IMG/VR virus record: IMGVR_UViG_3300008267_000515 | Span: 1 to 53,643 of that record | Origin: a virus | Lineage: Duplodnaviria; Caudoviricetes | Strand: one strand, 5' to 3' | DNA: 53,643 nt | Shown here: one piece after another, positions 29,379-38,514 of the stretch | Numbering within the stretch: the first letter of the stretch is position 1 | Layout: each line of letters begins with the position of its first letter | Program-made: the position numbers and the translations under genes | The notes under the pieces: model-generated | Databases searched by the model: none | The model's input: the letters and a program-made list of their open reading frames with translations, nothing else | Told to the model about the DNA's origin: nothing

Positions 29379-30503
29379 TCAGTATTTAAGGGCTATGGTA
29401 CGGGAACGCCCACCAGCAGTTTTATACCACGTAGTGAGTGCGCCTACTTGGTTAGGGGATGAACGGTAAGTCACATTACCCAAGCCTAGTTGCCCAAATT
29501 GACTATTGCCCCAAGACCAAAGAGTTCCATCAGTTTTAATAGCTAGTGAAAAACCAAAACCGCCCGCAATCACTGACCAGCTAGTTAAAGCTCCTATTTG
29601 TTTTGGGGAAGAGTAATAAGTGAGGTTGCCTAAGCCAAGTTGACCGTTTTGGTTTTTTCCCCAAGCGTAAAGCGCGCCTGCTGTTGTAGTTGCTAGGGTG
29701 TGGTAGTTTCCGCACGCAACAGTGAGCCACGTAGTTAATACACCAACCTGTTTGGGAGACGAGTAAGCAGTTGTGTTCCCTAAGCCAAGCTGTCCATCTG
29801 AGTTAGCTCCCCAAGACCATAGAGTGCCATCGGTTTTAGTAGCTACGGTTAAGGCAGAACCTGCGGCAATTTTATACCACGTAGTTAATGCACCTACCTG
29901 TTTTGGACTAGAGTAGTATGTAGTGTTGCCTAAACCAAGTACACCTTGTGTACCAGCTCCCCAAGACCATAGCGTTCCATCGGTTTTAATTGCAATAGCA
30001 CTGCTAGTGCATGACGCAATAGTTGACCACGTAGTTAAAGCACCTATTTGTACTGGTGAGGAGTAACTGGTTGTATTTCCTAAACCTAATTGTCCTGCCG
30101 ATCCTTTTCCCCAAGACCACAATGTACCGTTTGTTTTAATGGCTAATGAAAAAGCATACCCACACGCAACAGTGAGCCACGTAGTGAGTGCGCCTATTTG
30201 TTTTGGGGATGAGTAGTAAGTTGTGTTGCCTAACCCCAATCTGCCATTTGCATTTACACCCCAAGACCAAAGAGTTCCATCTGCTTTAGCTGCAATTGTA
30301 TGGTACTGCCCACACGCAATACTTAACCAATTAGTTAATGCACCAACTTGTTTAGGGCTAGAGTAGTTAGTGAGGTTGCCTAAACCAAGCTGCCCATACG
30401 CTCCTTGCCCCCAACTATACAGCTCATAGGTAAACGTAGTCGTCTGCGCCCCCAGAGCATTAAACCCCGGCTTGTTTATGCCAGAACCGTATCTAAAGCT
30501 CAT
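29379..30503 (-). CDS. RCC1-repeat beta-propeller protein (7 repeats), type A'
   Basis: Same repeats; N-terminal KPGFNALGAQT. Confidence 0.92.
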   Translation of the reverse strand: MSFRYGSGINKPGFNALGAQTTTFTYELYSWGQGAYGQLGLGNLTNYSSPKQVGALTNWLSIACGQYHTIAAKADGTLWSWGVNANGRLGLGNTTYYSSPKQIGALTTWLTVACGYAFSLAIKTNGTLWSWGKGSAGQLGLGNTTSYSSPVQIGALTTWSTIASCTSSAIAIKTDGTLWSWGAGTQGVLGLGNTTYYSSPKQVGALTTWYKIAAGSALTVATKTDGTLWSWGANSDGQLGLGNTTAYSSPKQVGVLTTWLTVACGNYHTLATTTAGALYAWGKNQNGQLGLGNLTYYSSPKQIGALTSWSVIAGGFGFSLAIKTDGTLWSWGNSQFGQLGLGNVTYRSSPNQVGALTTWYKTAGGRSRTIALKY

Positions 30504-32269
30504 CCAACGCTCCTCAGCATGGGCTTCTCGCCCAAGCGGTTTCTAATGTGGTCAAACGGAGCTTCCCACTCGCCAAAGGTCTCCTGACGGAACAGCTTCA
30601 TTGTATCGTAGTAAGGGCAGGTATCGCCCTCCATTGCGTACATAAAGTAGCCCATCACCGGGATCACGACCCAAGTCTCTACGCCCATCGCAGCAGCCAA
30701 GTGACTTACCGAAGTGCAGGAGGATATTACCAAATCACATGACGCAACAGCATTGCGGGTGTCTTCCCAAGTGTTCAACGGAACCTGCTTCACCCACGCT
30801 GGGCACGAGTCAGCGCCCTCGTCTCTCTGTAGGCTAATGAACTCAGCATCACAGTCCTTCACAGCATGGAACATCAGCTCGTATGGAAACTTCTTGTGAT
30901 GCTCATGTTCAAACTTAGACTGACCCTGCCATCTAAGCCCAATGCGCTTCTTGCGGTTCTTAATTGTCTTAGGCTTGGCGATGTACGGAGCGCCCGACAG
31001 GTCGTCTAGTTCTAGTCCCAACGGCACCACAGCGGACATACCCTGCACAAAGTAGTCATGGTAAATGCCAAAGGTAGCCTCGTGCTGAATGACTGCACTA
31101 ACGCCTTCTACGCCTACAAACAGACTAGCTAAAGCACCGGAGCAGGACACGACTACCTTGCAGCCACGTTGAGCGATGAGCTTAGCAAAGCGTACTTGGT
31201 GAATCTGGTCGCCTAAGCCGCCTTCTAGGTACAGCATGACGACGCCTTTAGACTTACCGTCCCACGGCTGGGTGGGCACATCAGGACGCTTGTTACCGAA
31301 TACACCTGACTGACGACCACGATCCATCAACTGATAGCCTTTCTGTATTTGCCCTTGTGACAACAAGTACCAGCCTCGGTTGTAGGCTGCTCGATGATTA
31401 GCAGGCTCTTCGGCTTCTAGCTTCTGGGCCAGTCTCCAGCCTTCAGCAAAGTCACCAATAGTAGAAGCAGCTAACTGTAAGTCTAAATCGTGTAGCTCAG
31501 GGATGGTTCTAGGCTGTGGTAGCCAGAACTCAGGCTGGCAGAACGTGCTGTAATGGTGCTTCAGTAAGTCTTTAGGGTCTTGTCTGTGCTGGGCTTCTAG
31601 GACGGGTTTAACATCGTGCATACCGGCAGTGCCGTGAAGTTGCTCGTCATCTTCGGCTACTGTAGAGCCGTCAATGTTATTGAAGTCGTACTCAAACGCA
31701 GGCAGGTCTAGGAAGGCGTGTACCCGCGCCAGTTGCTCTTTAGGGCTGGCGATAAGGTCTTCATACTCTACAAACAGGAAGTTCTCAGGAGCGTAGTTGT
31801 AGCCTTCTTGCAGGGAGATGTACGCAGCCCGCAGGTGATCCATTAACTGACCAGATGCCATGAACTCGTCCAAATCGGCAGGCTTCTCAATGCGGACAAA
31901 GGAAGCAGCGCAGTCAGGGACAGAGCGAACGGTAGCGATGATCTTAGGCTTACGGTCGAGCACTTGCGTCATTGCCGCCATGATCTGGGAGATAGGCCAG
32001 CCCCTAGACTTATCAATCACTACCGGCTTGTCAGTGTCCTCGTAGAACGCATCAATCATCCCGCGCATGGTCTGAGCCAGCTTGGTACGGGTAGGATCGT
32101 TCTGGTTGAGCAATCCAGCAGAGTGCCACGTGTTAGCCAAGCCATCCAGCGCATGAACCAGACCAGACGTAGTGGATACGTGGGTCATGGGGTTCTGGTT
32201 GAGGATAGCCGCTAGGACTGTTGAGCCTGAACGCGGTACGCCTGAGAGAAAGTGTAGTTGTTTTTGCAT
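30500..32269 (-). CDS. sulfotransferase-TPR-glycosyltransferase (GT9-like) fusion
   Basis: 5'-PSB motif GVPRSGSTVL, 3'-PB R-x7-S (RSVPDCAAS), YEDL; TPR-like AAYNRGWYLL; GT-B motifs EGGLGDQI, IGLRWQG, FISLQ, DLVISSCTSVSHLAAAMG. Start at ATG 32269 after AAGGA. Confidence 0.85.
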   Translation of the reverse strand: MQKQLHFLSGVPRSGSTVLAAILNQNPMTHVSTTSGLVHALDGLANTWHSAGLLNQNDPTRTKLAQTMRGMIDAFYEDTDKPVVIDKSRGWPISQIMAAMTQVLDRKPKIIATVRSVPDCAASFVRIEKPADLDEFMASGQLMDHLRAAYISLQEGYNYAPENFLFVEYEDLIASPKEQLARVHAFLDLPAFEYDFNNIDGSTVAEDDEQLHGTAGMHDVKPVLEAQHRQDPKDLLKHHYSTFCQPEFWLPQPRTIPELHDLDLQLAASTIGDFAEGWRLAQKLEAEEPANHRAAYNRGWYLLSQGQIQKGYQLMDRGRQSGVFGNKRPDVPTQPWDGKSKGVVMLYLEGGLGDQIHQVRFAKLIAQRGCKVVVSCSGALASLFVGVEGVSAVIQHEATFGIYHDYFVQGMSAVVPLGLELDDLSGAPYIAKPKTIKNRKKRIGLRWQGQSKFEHEHHKKFPYELMFHAVKDCDAEFISLQRDEGADSCPAWVKQVPLNTWEDTRNAVASCDLVISSCTSVSHLAAAMGVETWVVIPVMGYFMYAMEGDTCPYYDTMKLFRQETFGEWEAPFDHIRNRLGEKPMLRSVG

Positions 32270-32277
32270 GGAATCCT

Positions 32278-33438
32278 TTAAGTTGTTTTGATTGCAAGGG
32301 TAAAGTATGCCCCGCCAGATACAGAACCCCAAGCTGTTAGAGAGCCTACTTGCTTAGGGCTGGAGTATTGAGTGGTATTACCTAACCCTAATTGTCCATT
32401 GGCGTTACCACCCCATGACCACAAAGTGCCGTCAGTTTTAGTTGCTACTGAATGTATGTATCCAGTGGCAATGTTCAGCCAAGTCGTTAAAGCTCCAACT
32501 TGATTAGGGGATGATTTGTATGTGAGGTTGCCTAAGCCAAGTTGACCGTTACTATTTGATCCCCATGACCATAACGCACCGGAAGTAGTAGTTGCCAGTG
32601 TAAAGTTACTTTTATGGGCTATATTAGCCCATGTAGTAAGAGCACCAACTTGTTTTGGTGAAGAGTATGCGGTTATATTGCCCAACCCTAATTGCCCATT
32701 AGCGTTGTACCCCCACGCCCAAAGCGTACCGTCTGTCTTTGTTGCTATCGTAGAATCCGAACCCCCTGCTATTTTAAACCAAGCAGTTAAAGCACCTATT
32801 TGTACTGGCGATGAATAGGAAGTAATGTTGCCTAAACCAAGTCGCCCATTTGCCCCATTTCCCCAAGCCCATATAGTGCCGTCAGTTTTGACAGCCACAG
32901 TGTGATTATTCCCACACGTTATTGCAGACCAAGTAGTAAGTGCGCCTACTTGTTTGGGGCTAGAATAGTTAGTTGTGTTACCTAGACCTAGTTGCCCTGA
33001 AGTATTTAAACCCCAAGTCCACAGCGTACCGTCTGTTTTGATGGACGCAATATAGTTTTTTCCTGTTGCAACTTTGTACCAACTAGTAAGAGCACCGACT
33101 TGTTTGGGCGATGAATAGTTAGTGGTATTGCCTAATCCCAACTGACCAAAAACGTTACGACCCCAAGTCCAAAGCGTCCCATCTGTCTTAGCGGCTACAG
33201 AAAAGTAGGCATCATAGCCCCCGCCTGCAATATTAAGCCAATTAGTTAATGCACCAATTTGTTTAGGAGATGAGTAACTAGTGGTGTTGCTTAACCCTAG
33301 CTGACCGTAAGTGTTTTGCCCCCAACTATACAATTCTGGCAATCCCGTCCAAGTCCCCGCAGCCAAAGCAGCGTTCACCTGATTCATTGTCCAGATGCCT
33401 GAGTATTGAACGCCTGATATTACTGTTGAGGAGGGCAT
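32278..33438 (-). CDS. RCC1-repeat beta-propeller protein (7 repeats), type B
   Basis: Same repeats; N-terminal SGVQYSGIW. Confidence 0.92.
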   Translation of the reverse strand: MPSSTVISGVQYSGIWTMNQVNAALAAGTWTGLPELYSWGQNTYGQLGLSNTTSYSSPKQIGALTNWLNIAGGGYDAYFSVAAKTDGTLWTWGRNVFGQLGLGNTTNYSSPKQVGALTSWYKVATGKNYIASIKTDGTLWTWGLNTSGQLGLGNTTNYSSPKQVGALTTWSAITCGNNHTVAVKTDGTIWAWGNGANGRLGLGNITSYSSPVQIGALTAWFKIAGGSDSTIATKTDGTLWAWGYNANGQLGLGNITAYSSPKQVGALTTWANIAHKSNFTLATTTSGALWSWGSNSNGQLGLGNLTYKSSPNQVGALTTWLNIATGYIHSVATKTDGTLWSWGGNANGQLGLGNTTQYSSPKQVGSLTAWGSVSGGAYFTLAIKTT

Positions 33439-33446
33439 ATTGTTTC

Positions 33447-34430
33447 CTAATACTTAAGAGCTACACAGAAATAAGTGCCCGATACAGAACTCCACGTAGC
33501 AAGTGCCCCTATTTGTTTAGGGGATGAATAACTAGTCGTGTTGCCTAAGCCTAATTGACCGCTGCTATTACTTCCCCAAGACCATAGTGCGCCGTCAGTT
33601 TTTACTGCGCTTGAAGCGTTAGCACCACAAGTCACCTTAGACCACGTAGTTAACGCTCCAACTTGCATAGGGGATGAATAGCTAGTGGTGTTGCCTAACC
33701 CTAGCGCACTAGAACCTCCACTCCCCCACATCCATAGAGTGCCGTTGGTTTTGATTGCTGCGCCTACATAACTAGCCCCTGCAACGGTAGCCCAAGCAGT
33801 AAGTGCGCCTACTTGCATTGGGGAGGAGTAGTAAGTGGTGTTACCCAAACCTAATTGCCCAGTGTTGTTAAGTCCCCATGTCCAAAGCGTACCGTCTGTT
33901 TTAACGGCAAGGCACATACTGGCTCCCCCGCCCGCAATACTTGCCCACGTAGTTAATGCGCCAACTTGTTTGGGAGAAGAATAATCAGTCGTATTACCTA
34001 TACCAAGTTGACCATAAGTGTTTTGTCCCCAAGCCCATAAAGCGCCGCCTTTAATGGCAAGGGAGTGGTAATACCCAACAGCTACTTTAGACCACGTAGT
34101 AAGCGCGCCAACCTGCTTGGGTGAGGAGTAGTAAGTGACGTTATTTAAACCTAGCTGCCCGTTGTTGTTATACCCCCACGCCCAAAGAGTGCCGTCGGTT
34201 TTAGTAGCTAAACAATGGTAGTAACCGGCTGCAATAGTTGACCAAGTAGTAAGTGCGCCAATTTGTACCGGAGATGAGCGATTAGTTGAAGTGCCATCGC
34301 CTAGTTGACCAAGATTATTTTTACCCCAGCTATACAACTCATAGGTAAAAGTCGTGACATTAGTCTGCGCCCCCAAAGCGTTAAACCCCGGCTTGACTAT
34401 GCTACCTAGATTGTTATTCCGGATGCTCAT
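33447..34430 (-). CDS. RCC1-repeat beta-propeller protein (6 repeats), type A
   Basis: Six WG-anchored repeats; N-terminal KPGFNALGAQT. Confidence 0.9.
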   Translation of the reverse strand: MSIRNNNLGSIVKPGFNALGAQTNVTTFTYELYSWGKNNLGQLGDGTSTNRSSPVQIGALTTWSTIAAGYYHCLATKTDGTLWAWGYNNNGQLGLNNVTYYSSPKQVGALTTWSKVAVGYYHSLAIKGGALWAWGQNTYGQLGIGNTTDYSSPKQVGALTTWASIAGGGASMCLAVKTDGTLWTWGLNNTGQLGLGNTTYYSSPMQVGALTAWATVAGASYVGAAIKTNGTLWMWGSGGSSALGLGNTTSYSSPMQVGALTTWSKVTCGANASSAVKTDGALWSWGSNSSGQLGLGNTTSYSSPKQIGALATWSSVSGTYFCVALKY

Positions 34431-34807
34431 TACGCAGCGATGCTCTCATAACTGATCGTGTAAGTGATTCCGCTTGATGTGCCAGACGTAACTACAATGG
34501 AGCTATTCTCCATCAGGTAGATCGCCGTTGTCTTGTCTACCGCTATCACCGAGGCACTCGCTGGCACTGAGATGGTAGAGATAACAGGGAAGTTCGTACC
34601 CGCACCAGCGGCTGCGTTGTTGATGGCTACCGTTGCGTTAACCGCCGAGGAGCCGTTGACGTTAGCGCAGACAATCTGGTTGATCTTAAAGACCAAGCCA
34701 GAAGATGCGGCATTAGACAGCAGCGTGTTGGCCGTTGTGTTAGCAGGGGTAAGGTACGTTGTCGTACCGTAGATTGCGGTTACTGCGACTATATTTGGCG
34801 AAGCCAT
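34430..34807 (-). CDS. tail-fibre-associated beta-sandwich protein
   Basis: MASPNIV…IYLMEN…ISYE; coupled to the RCC1 gene. Confidence 0.65.
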   Translation of the reverse strand: MASPNIVAVTAIYGTTTYLTPANTTANTLLSNAASSGLVFKINQIVCANVNGSSAVNATVAINNAAAGAGTNFPVISTISVPASASVIAVDKTTAIYLMENSSIVVTSGTSSGITYTISYESIAA

Positions 34808-34821
34808 TTGAGTTTCTCCTA

Positions 34822-35328
34822 TTATTGGGCGGCAAACGCGCCGTGGAATTTTTGACGCGCTTCATGGGCAACCAGTTCCGCAAGCTCAAAATCATCAAAA
34901 TATCCGATGTGTTTGATTGCCCGCCTCACGCCTACATACACTTGCCATTTGCTAATACGTTTGTGCCACACAACGCCTTTTGCCCCAGATTTGTTATTCT
35001 TGAACAACCCGCGATTTTGCATGTTTTCGCAACTATCAGCCACTCGAATATTTTCAACACGGTTGTCGAGCGAATTTTTATTGACGTGATCGACCTGCTC
35101 AGGCCACTGCCCGTAGTGCCACAAGTATACAAGTTTATGAACGCAGTAATGCTTTCCGGATATTTTAGTAATTAAGTATTTTTTGTCCGGCCTTTCTGCT
35201 CCACCCGTAGCAATAGAACCTATTTCCCTGCCAATCTGACCAGCAGGGCCACCGACCGCCACTTTGCGAATCAGTGCGCCGTCTTCTCGGTAGTCAAAAA
35301 GCCTGCGGACTTCTTCCTGTGTAATCAC
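34822..35328 (-). CDS. HNH homing endonuclease with AP2 DNA-binding domain
   Basis: HKLVYLW…VDHVNKNSLDNRVENIR…N; SGAKGVVW…KW…IGYF…A AP2 domain. Confidence 0.9.
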   Translation of the reverse strand: MITQEEVRRLFDYREDGALIRKVAVGGPAGQIGREIGSIATGGAERPDKKYLITKISGKHYCVHKLVYLWHYGQWPEQVDHVNKNSLDNRVENIRVADSCENMQNRGLFKNNKSGAKGVVWHKRISKWQVYVGVRRAIKHIGYFDDFELAELVAHEARQKFHGAFAAQ

Positions 35329-35339
35329 GGGGTAGTCTC

Positions 35340-36071
35340 CTACAAACCAAAAATTAACGAGAAAGCGATGGCTTGGCCTACGGAGGCTCCACTCGCTGCT
35401 GGGGTTGCAAACGCTGGTGCGCCACCTGTTGTTGCTGTTAGAACCTGACCAGTGGTGCCTGCTGCTGTTGCTACAGGGACCGCCCCTGCACCGCCGCCGT
35501 ACACAACGCCATACTGCGTAAGCAAAGCCGATGAGGCCAGCGTTCCTGATGCTGTGTATGCAAGGACACCGCCAGAAGTGCCTGAAGCTAAGTTCGTGCC
35601 GCCGTTGGCAACTGGGAGGATACCCGTAACACCAGAAACCAAACTCACCGTGGGGTTTGCCAGCGTGACCGCTGCGCCAGCGCCAGCGCCATCCGTTACT
35701 ATCATCGCCTTTGTGCCGGTGGCAATGGTTATCGTAGCACCAGAGCCCTGAGCAATCGCAATTGACTGACTGCCGCTCGTAGCGTTCTCAATGATCCAGA
35801 CCTTGGATACCGTGTTCGGCCCCAGTGTAACGGTACGCGTTACAGTCAAGGACACTGCAGAGGTGATCTTCAGGTACAGCGAGCGCGTACCGTCAGCCGT
35901 TGCATCCGGCATCGTGAAGGTTTCATTGGCGTCAGCGGCCATCTGCTTGGTGCCAAGGCTAAACGCATCAGCGATCAGAGACAGGTTGGTGTTGGTGCTG
36001 GTGCCCCATGTGCCGTCTTCGTCCCCCGTGGTTATCTCTTTTAGTCGGAGGTCATTTACGTATGATGCCAT
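35340..36071 (-). CDS. tail fibre/baseplate-like protein
   Basis: GTWGTSTNTN N-terminus; LPVANGGT and GQVLT fibre motifs; C-terminal AIAFSLIFG. Confidence 0.7.
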   Translation of the reverse strand: MASYVNDLRLKEITTGDEDGTWGTSTNTNLSLIADAFSLGTKQMAADANETFTMPDATADGTRSLYLKITSAVSLTVTRTVTLGPNTVSKVWIIENATSGSQSIAIAQGSGATITIATGTKAMIVTDGAGAGAAVTLANPTVSLVSGVTGILPVANGGTNLASGTSGGVLAYTASGTLASSALLTQYGVVYGGGAGAVPVATAAGTTGQVLTATTGGAPAFATPAASGASVGQAIAFSLIFGL

Positions 36072-36081
36072 GTTTTAGCTC

Positions 36082-36945
36082 CTAAGCCGCTTTATCTACG
36101 CTGACCCATGTGGGGGTCTGAGCGTCGTTTATGTTACCCCAATTCGGTGTCTGTGTATCGTTGACATTTGTCCATCCAGCTATTCTAACGGTACCTACCG
36201 CGCCTACACCAGCTACTCCGGTTGGTATAACGGCATCGTCAACCGATATGACTACACCACCTACAGCCCCAGTCCCAGCTACGCCCGTAACAGCCTTTCT
36301 AACCAGCGGCACTACGTTTTGGACCGCACCCGTGCCAACCACTCCGGTCACTGCGACATCGGTATCGTACGCAGGGGTAACAGTGCCTATCTCGCCGTCA
36401 CCTTCAACCCCGGCAAACACCGGGGAAAGCGACACACCCGCCGCTTCAACCGCGCCAGTGCCCTCAACGCCGGTTACTGCAAACGTAATGCGTGGGACTG
36501 CGCTGCCTATCTGTCCAGTGCCTTCAACACCTACGGGGATAAAGATAGCCGCTATAACTAGGTCTACGGTGCCTACTGCGCCTGTACCTTGCACCCCTAC
36601 AGGGATGACGATGTCATCAACCTGTACTTCAAACCCGCCCATCTCTCCAACGCCTTGTACGCTAGCAGAGACGATTGCTACTCGGGTTAGTACGGTGCCT
36701 ACTGCGCCTGCGCCTTCAACACCTACGGGGATAACAGAATCATTTACTGCAGTTACAACGTCCCCAACGGAACCAGTACCCGCTACGCCTGTAACACCAA
36801 TATTGGCGTCATAGATAAGCGCAACGGTACCAACTGCACCAGTACCTTGAACACCGTCCACCACATAGGCAGGAGCGATGCCCCCGAAGCCATTAAAGCC
36901 CCAAGCGCCTTCGCCCCAACCTTTATTGTAGGTGGTCGCGCCCAT
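36082..36945 (-). CDS. Gly/Val-rich repeat virion protein
   Basis: Many GVxGTGAVGxV repeats; WG-rich N-terminus; QTPxW repeats at the C-terminus. Confidence 0.7.
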   Translation of the reverse strand: MGATTYNKGWGEGAWGFNGFGGIAPAYVVDGVQGTGAVGTVALIYDANIGVTGVAGTGSVGDVVTAVNDSVIPVGVEGAGAVGTVLTRVAIVSASVQGVGEMGGFEVQVDDIVIPVGVQGTGAVGTVDLVIAAIFIPVGVEGTGQIGSAVPRITFAVTGVEGTGAVEAAGVSLSPVFAGVEGDGEIGTVTPAYDTDVAVTGVVGTGAVQNVVPLVRKAVTGVAGTGAVGGVVISVDDAVIPTGVAGVGAVGTVRIAGWTNVNDTQTPNWGNINDAQTPTWVSVDKAA

Positions 36946-36953
36946 GAGCTATC

Positions 36954-37409
36954 TCACGCAATACGGATAATTGCAGTAGCTGCAGCGGCTGCAGGCATTT
37001 GAATCTGGAAATCACCGGAACTCACGGTCTGGTCGCCGCCAAAACTCAGCACCGCGCACGCAGAGTTTGAGTTGTTGGTGTTGTAAATCATCGCCCCGCA
37101 AGTTGTGAACGACGCGCTTGACCATGTGGTGTCAGCAAAGTCCGTAATAGCCGTAGTGCTGTCAGCAGTAGGAGTGACGTTAGTGAGCGTGTTGCCGCCC
37201 GCCGAGTACCCTGTGCCGCTAGCCTCATCGGTGTTGCCGGTAATGTTGGAGTAGTTTGTGCTCGCCGCTCCGTACGTGCCGGTGCCTGCCGCAGCAGATT
37301 TAAGCAGCGCGATCTTGAACACATCCGCGCCGTTGGTGAAGTCGTGAAGACCCTTGAGCAGCTCAACTTTAAAGCTGGTGGGCATTGCGGTAGTGACGGT
37401 AATAGCCAT
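36954..37409 (-). CDS. virion structural protein
   Basis: SFKVELL…FKIAL…GYSAGG…GAMIYN…AIIRIA; GGAG RBS. Confidence 0.7.
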   Translation of the reverse strand: MAITVTTAMPTSFKVELLKGLHDFTNGADVFKIALLKSAAAGTGTYGAASTNYSNITGNTDEASGTGYSAGGNTLTNVTPTADSTTAITDFADTTWSSASFTTCGAMIYNTNNSNSACAVLSFGGDQTVSSGDFQIQMPAAAAATAIIRIA

Positions 37410-37410
37410 G

Positions 37411-37698
37411 TTAACTCTCCAGTAATTTCACAAGTTCCGGGTGCCCAGCGGCGCGGAATCTATTTGCCAACGTAGTGTGATTAGACCGCACCGCTTGTTT
37501 CATGTAGTGTACTAACACCCCACGAATATCATTTTTGAACGCTTCCGCTTGATCGCGGATGACAGGGTGGCAGTTACCGCCTACCGAGATTATCTTGTTC
37601 AGCGCCTGCTCGGCTACTTCTTCAGGAGTAAAGCCTCGCCCAGACACCAGCGTTGCCTTGATCTCTCCTATTTCCCCACCACCCAACGCGCTAAGCAT
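37411..37698 (-). CDS. hypothetical protein
   Basis: RGFTPEEVAE…IRDQAEAFK; fits the operon. Confidence 0.7.
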   Translation of the reverse strand: MLSALGGGEIGEIKATLVSGRGFTPEEVAEQALNKIISVGGNCHPVIRDQAEAFKNDIRGVLVHYMKQAVRSNHTTLANRFRAAGHPELVKLLES

Positions 37699-38326
37699 TG
37701 CCGGTCTTCCTCTTTATCTGGCCGTCGCGGTATGCGTCTCCACGCAGTTTACCGTCACCCACTTGAATAAGCAAAGTGAGTGCCTGTACGTACAACTTCT
37801 CATACAGCGCCACCATATCAACCTCACCCTTCTGGAATCGGATCGCTTCAACCAGTGCACCATTAAGCAGTGCGGAGTCAAACTCCTCGCCAAGCCAAGT
37901 AGTACCCGCCGTAACAATCGACTCTGGGTAGTACGAGAAGTGAATCTCAGAACTGTAACTGGCATCAGGGGTCGGGCCAAGTATGAACGAGTTCTGGTCA
38001 AACACCGCGTAATACTTAGGCTTAGCTGTATCGGTAGGGGTGGGGTACGCCTCGCGTATGAAGTTCACGTCTTTGTTTATTAAAAATTCATAGCTGCCGT
38101 TGGCGGCAATTACGGCCAAAGAGTAGACGTACAGCATACCCGTTGGCATCGTCAGGTACTTATTGCCAGAGGTCATCGACCCCGTTTGATTCTTACGAAA
38201 CGCAGGCAGGTCTACTGTGGTGTAGATTTTCTGTTCGGCCTGCTGCGTAAACATGGCGAGCTGACCTGCTGTAAACGTCTGTTCGCAGATGTCTTCTATA
38301 TTTGTCGTCAGTTCGCTGTAGTTCAC
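37691..38326 (-). CDS. head-tail connector/adaptor-like protein
   Basis: MNYSEL…QAEQKIY…PKYYA…GPTPD…LLNGALVEA. Confidence 0.7.
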   Translation of the reverse strand: MNYSELTTNIEDICEQTFTAGQLAMFTQQAEQKIYTTVDLPAFRKNQTGSMTSGNKYLTMPTGMLYVYSLAVIAANGSYEFLINKDVNFIREAYPTPTDTAKPKYYAVFDQNSFILGPTPDASYSSEIHFSYYPESIVTAGTTWLGEEFDSALLNGALVEAIRFQKGEVDMVALYEKLYVQALTLLIQVGDGKLRGDAYRDGQIKRKTGNA

Positions 38327-38336
38327 AGATCACCCC

Positions 38337-38504
38337 CTACGCCATCGGCCCACGGGCCATTGTGCCTTTGGTTGCCGCGCCATTGCCACGGGTTACATAC
38401 CCAGTGGTTTTTACCCCGGTGGACAGGTTTACGGTTTCAACTTTATACACTGAGGGTGTTGCGGGCATCACTACAACTTTGGGGCCATTGCCACTAGTCT
38501 TCAT
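38337..38504 (-). CDS. small basic protein (55 aa)
   Basis: Manual translation MKTSGNGPKV…TRGNGAATKGTMARGPMA; AGGAG upstream; below the ORF-track cutoff. Confidence 0.65.
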   Translation of the reverse strand: MKTSGNGPKVVVMPATPSVYKVETVNLSTGVKTTGYVTRGNGAATKGTMARGPMA

Positions 38505-38514
38505 AACCTATCTC

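Noticed and set aside
28217-34430. Diversity-generating retroelement acting on the RCC1 genes
   Set aside because: No reverse transcriptase and no non-coding template repeat in the window; all repeats are in-frame coding blades.
36131-36814. 227-aa Pro/Thr-rich + strand ORF and similar long antisense ORFs (e.g. 35452, 22482, 50926)
   Set aside because: They are shadows of Gly/Val/Ala-rich minus-strand genes and run against the operon direction.
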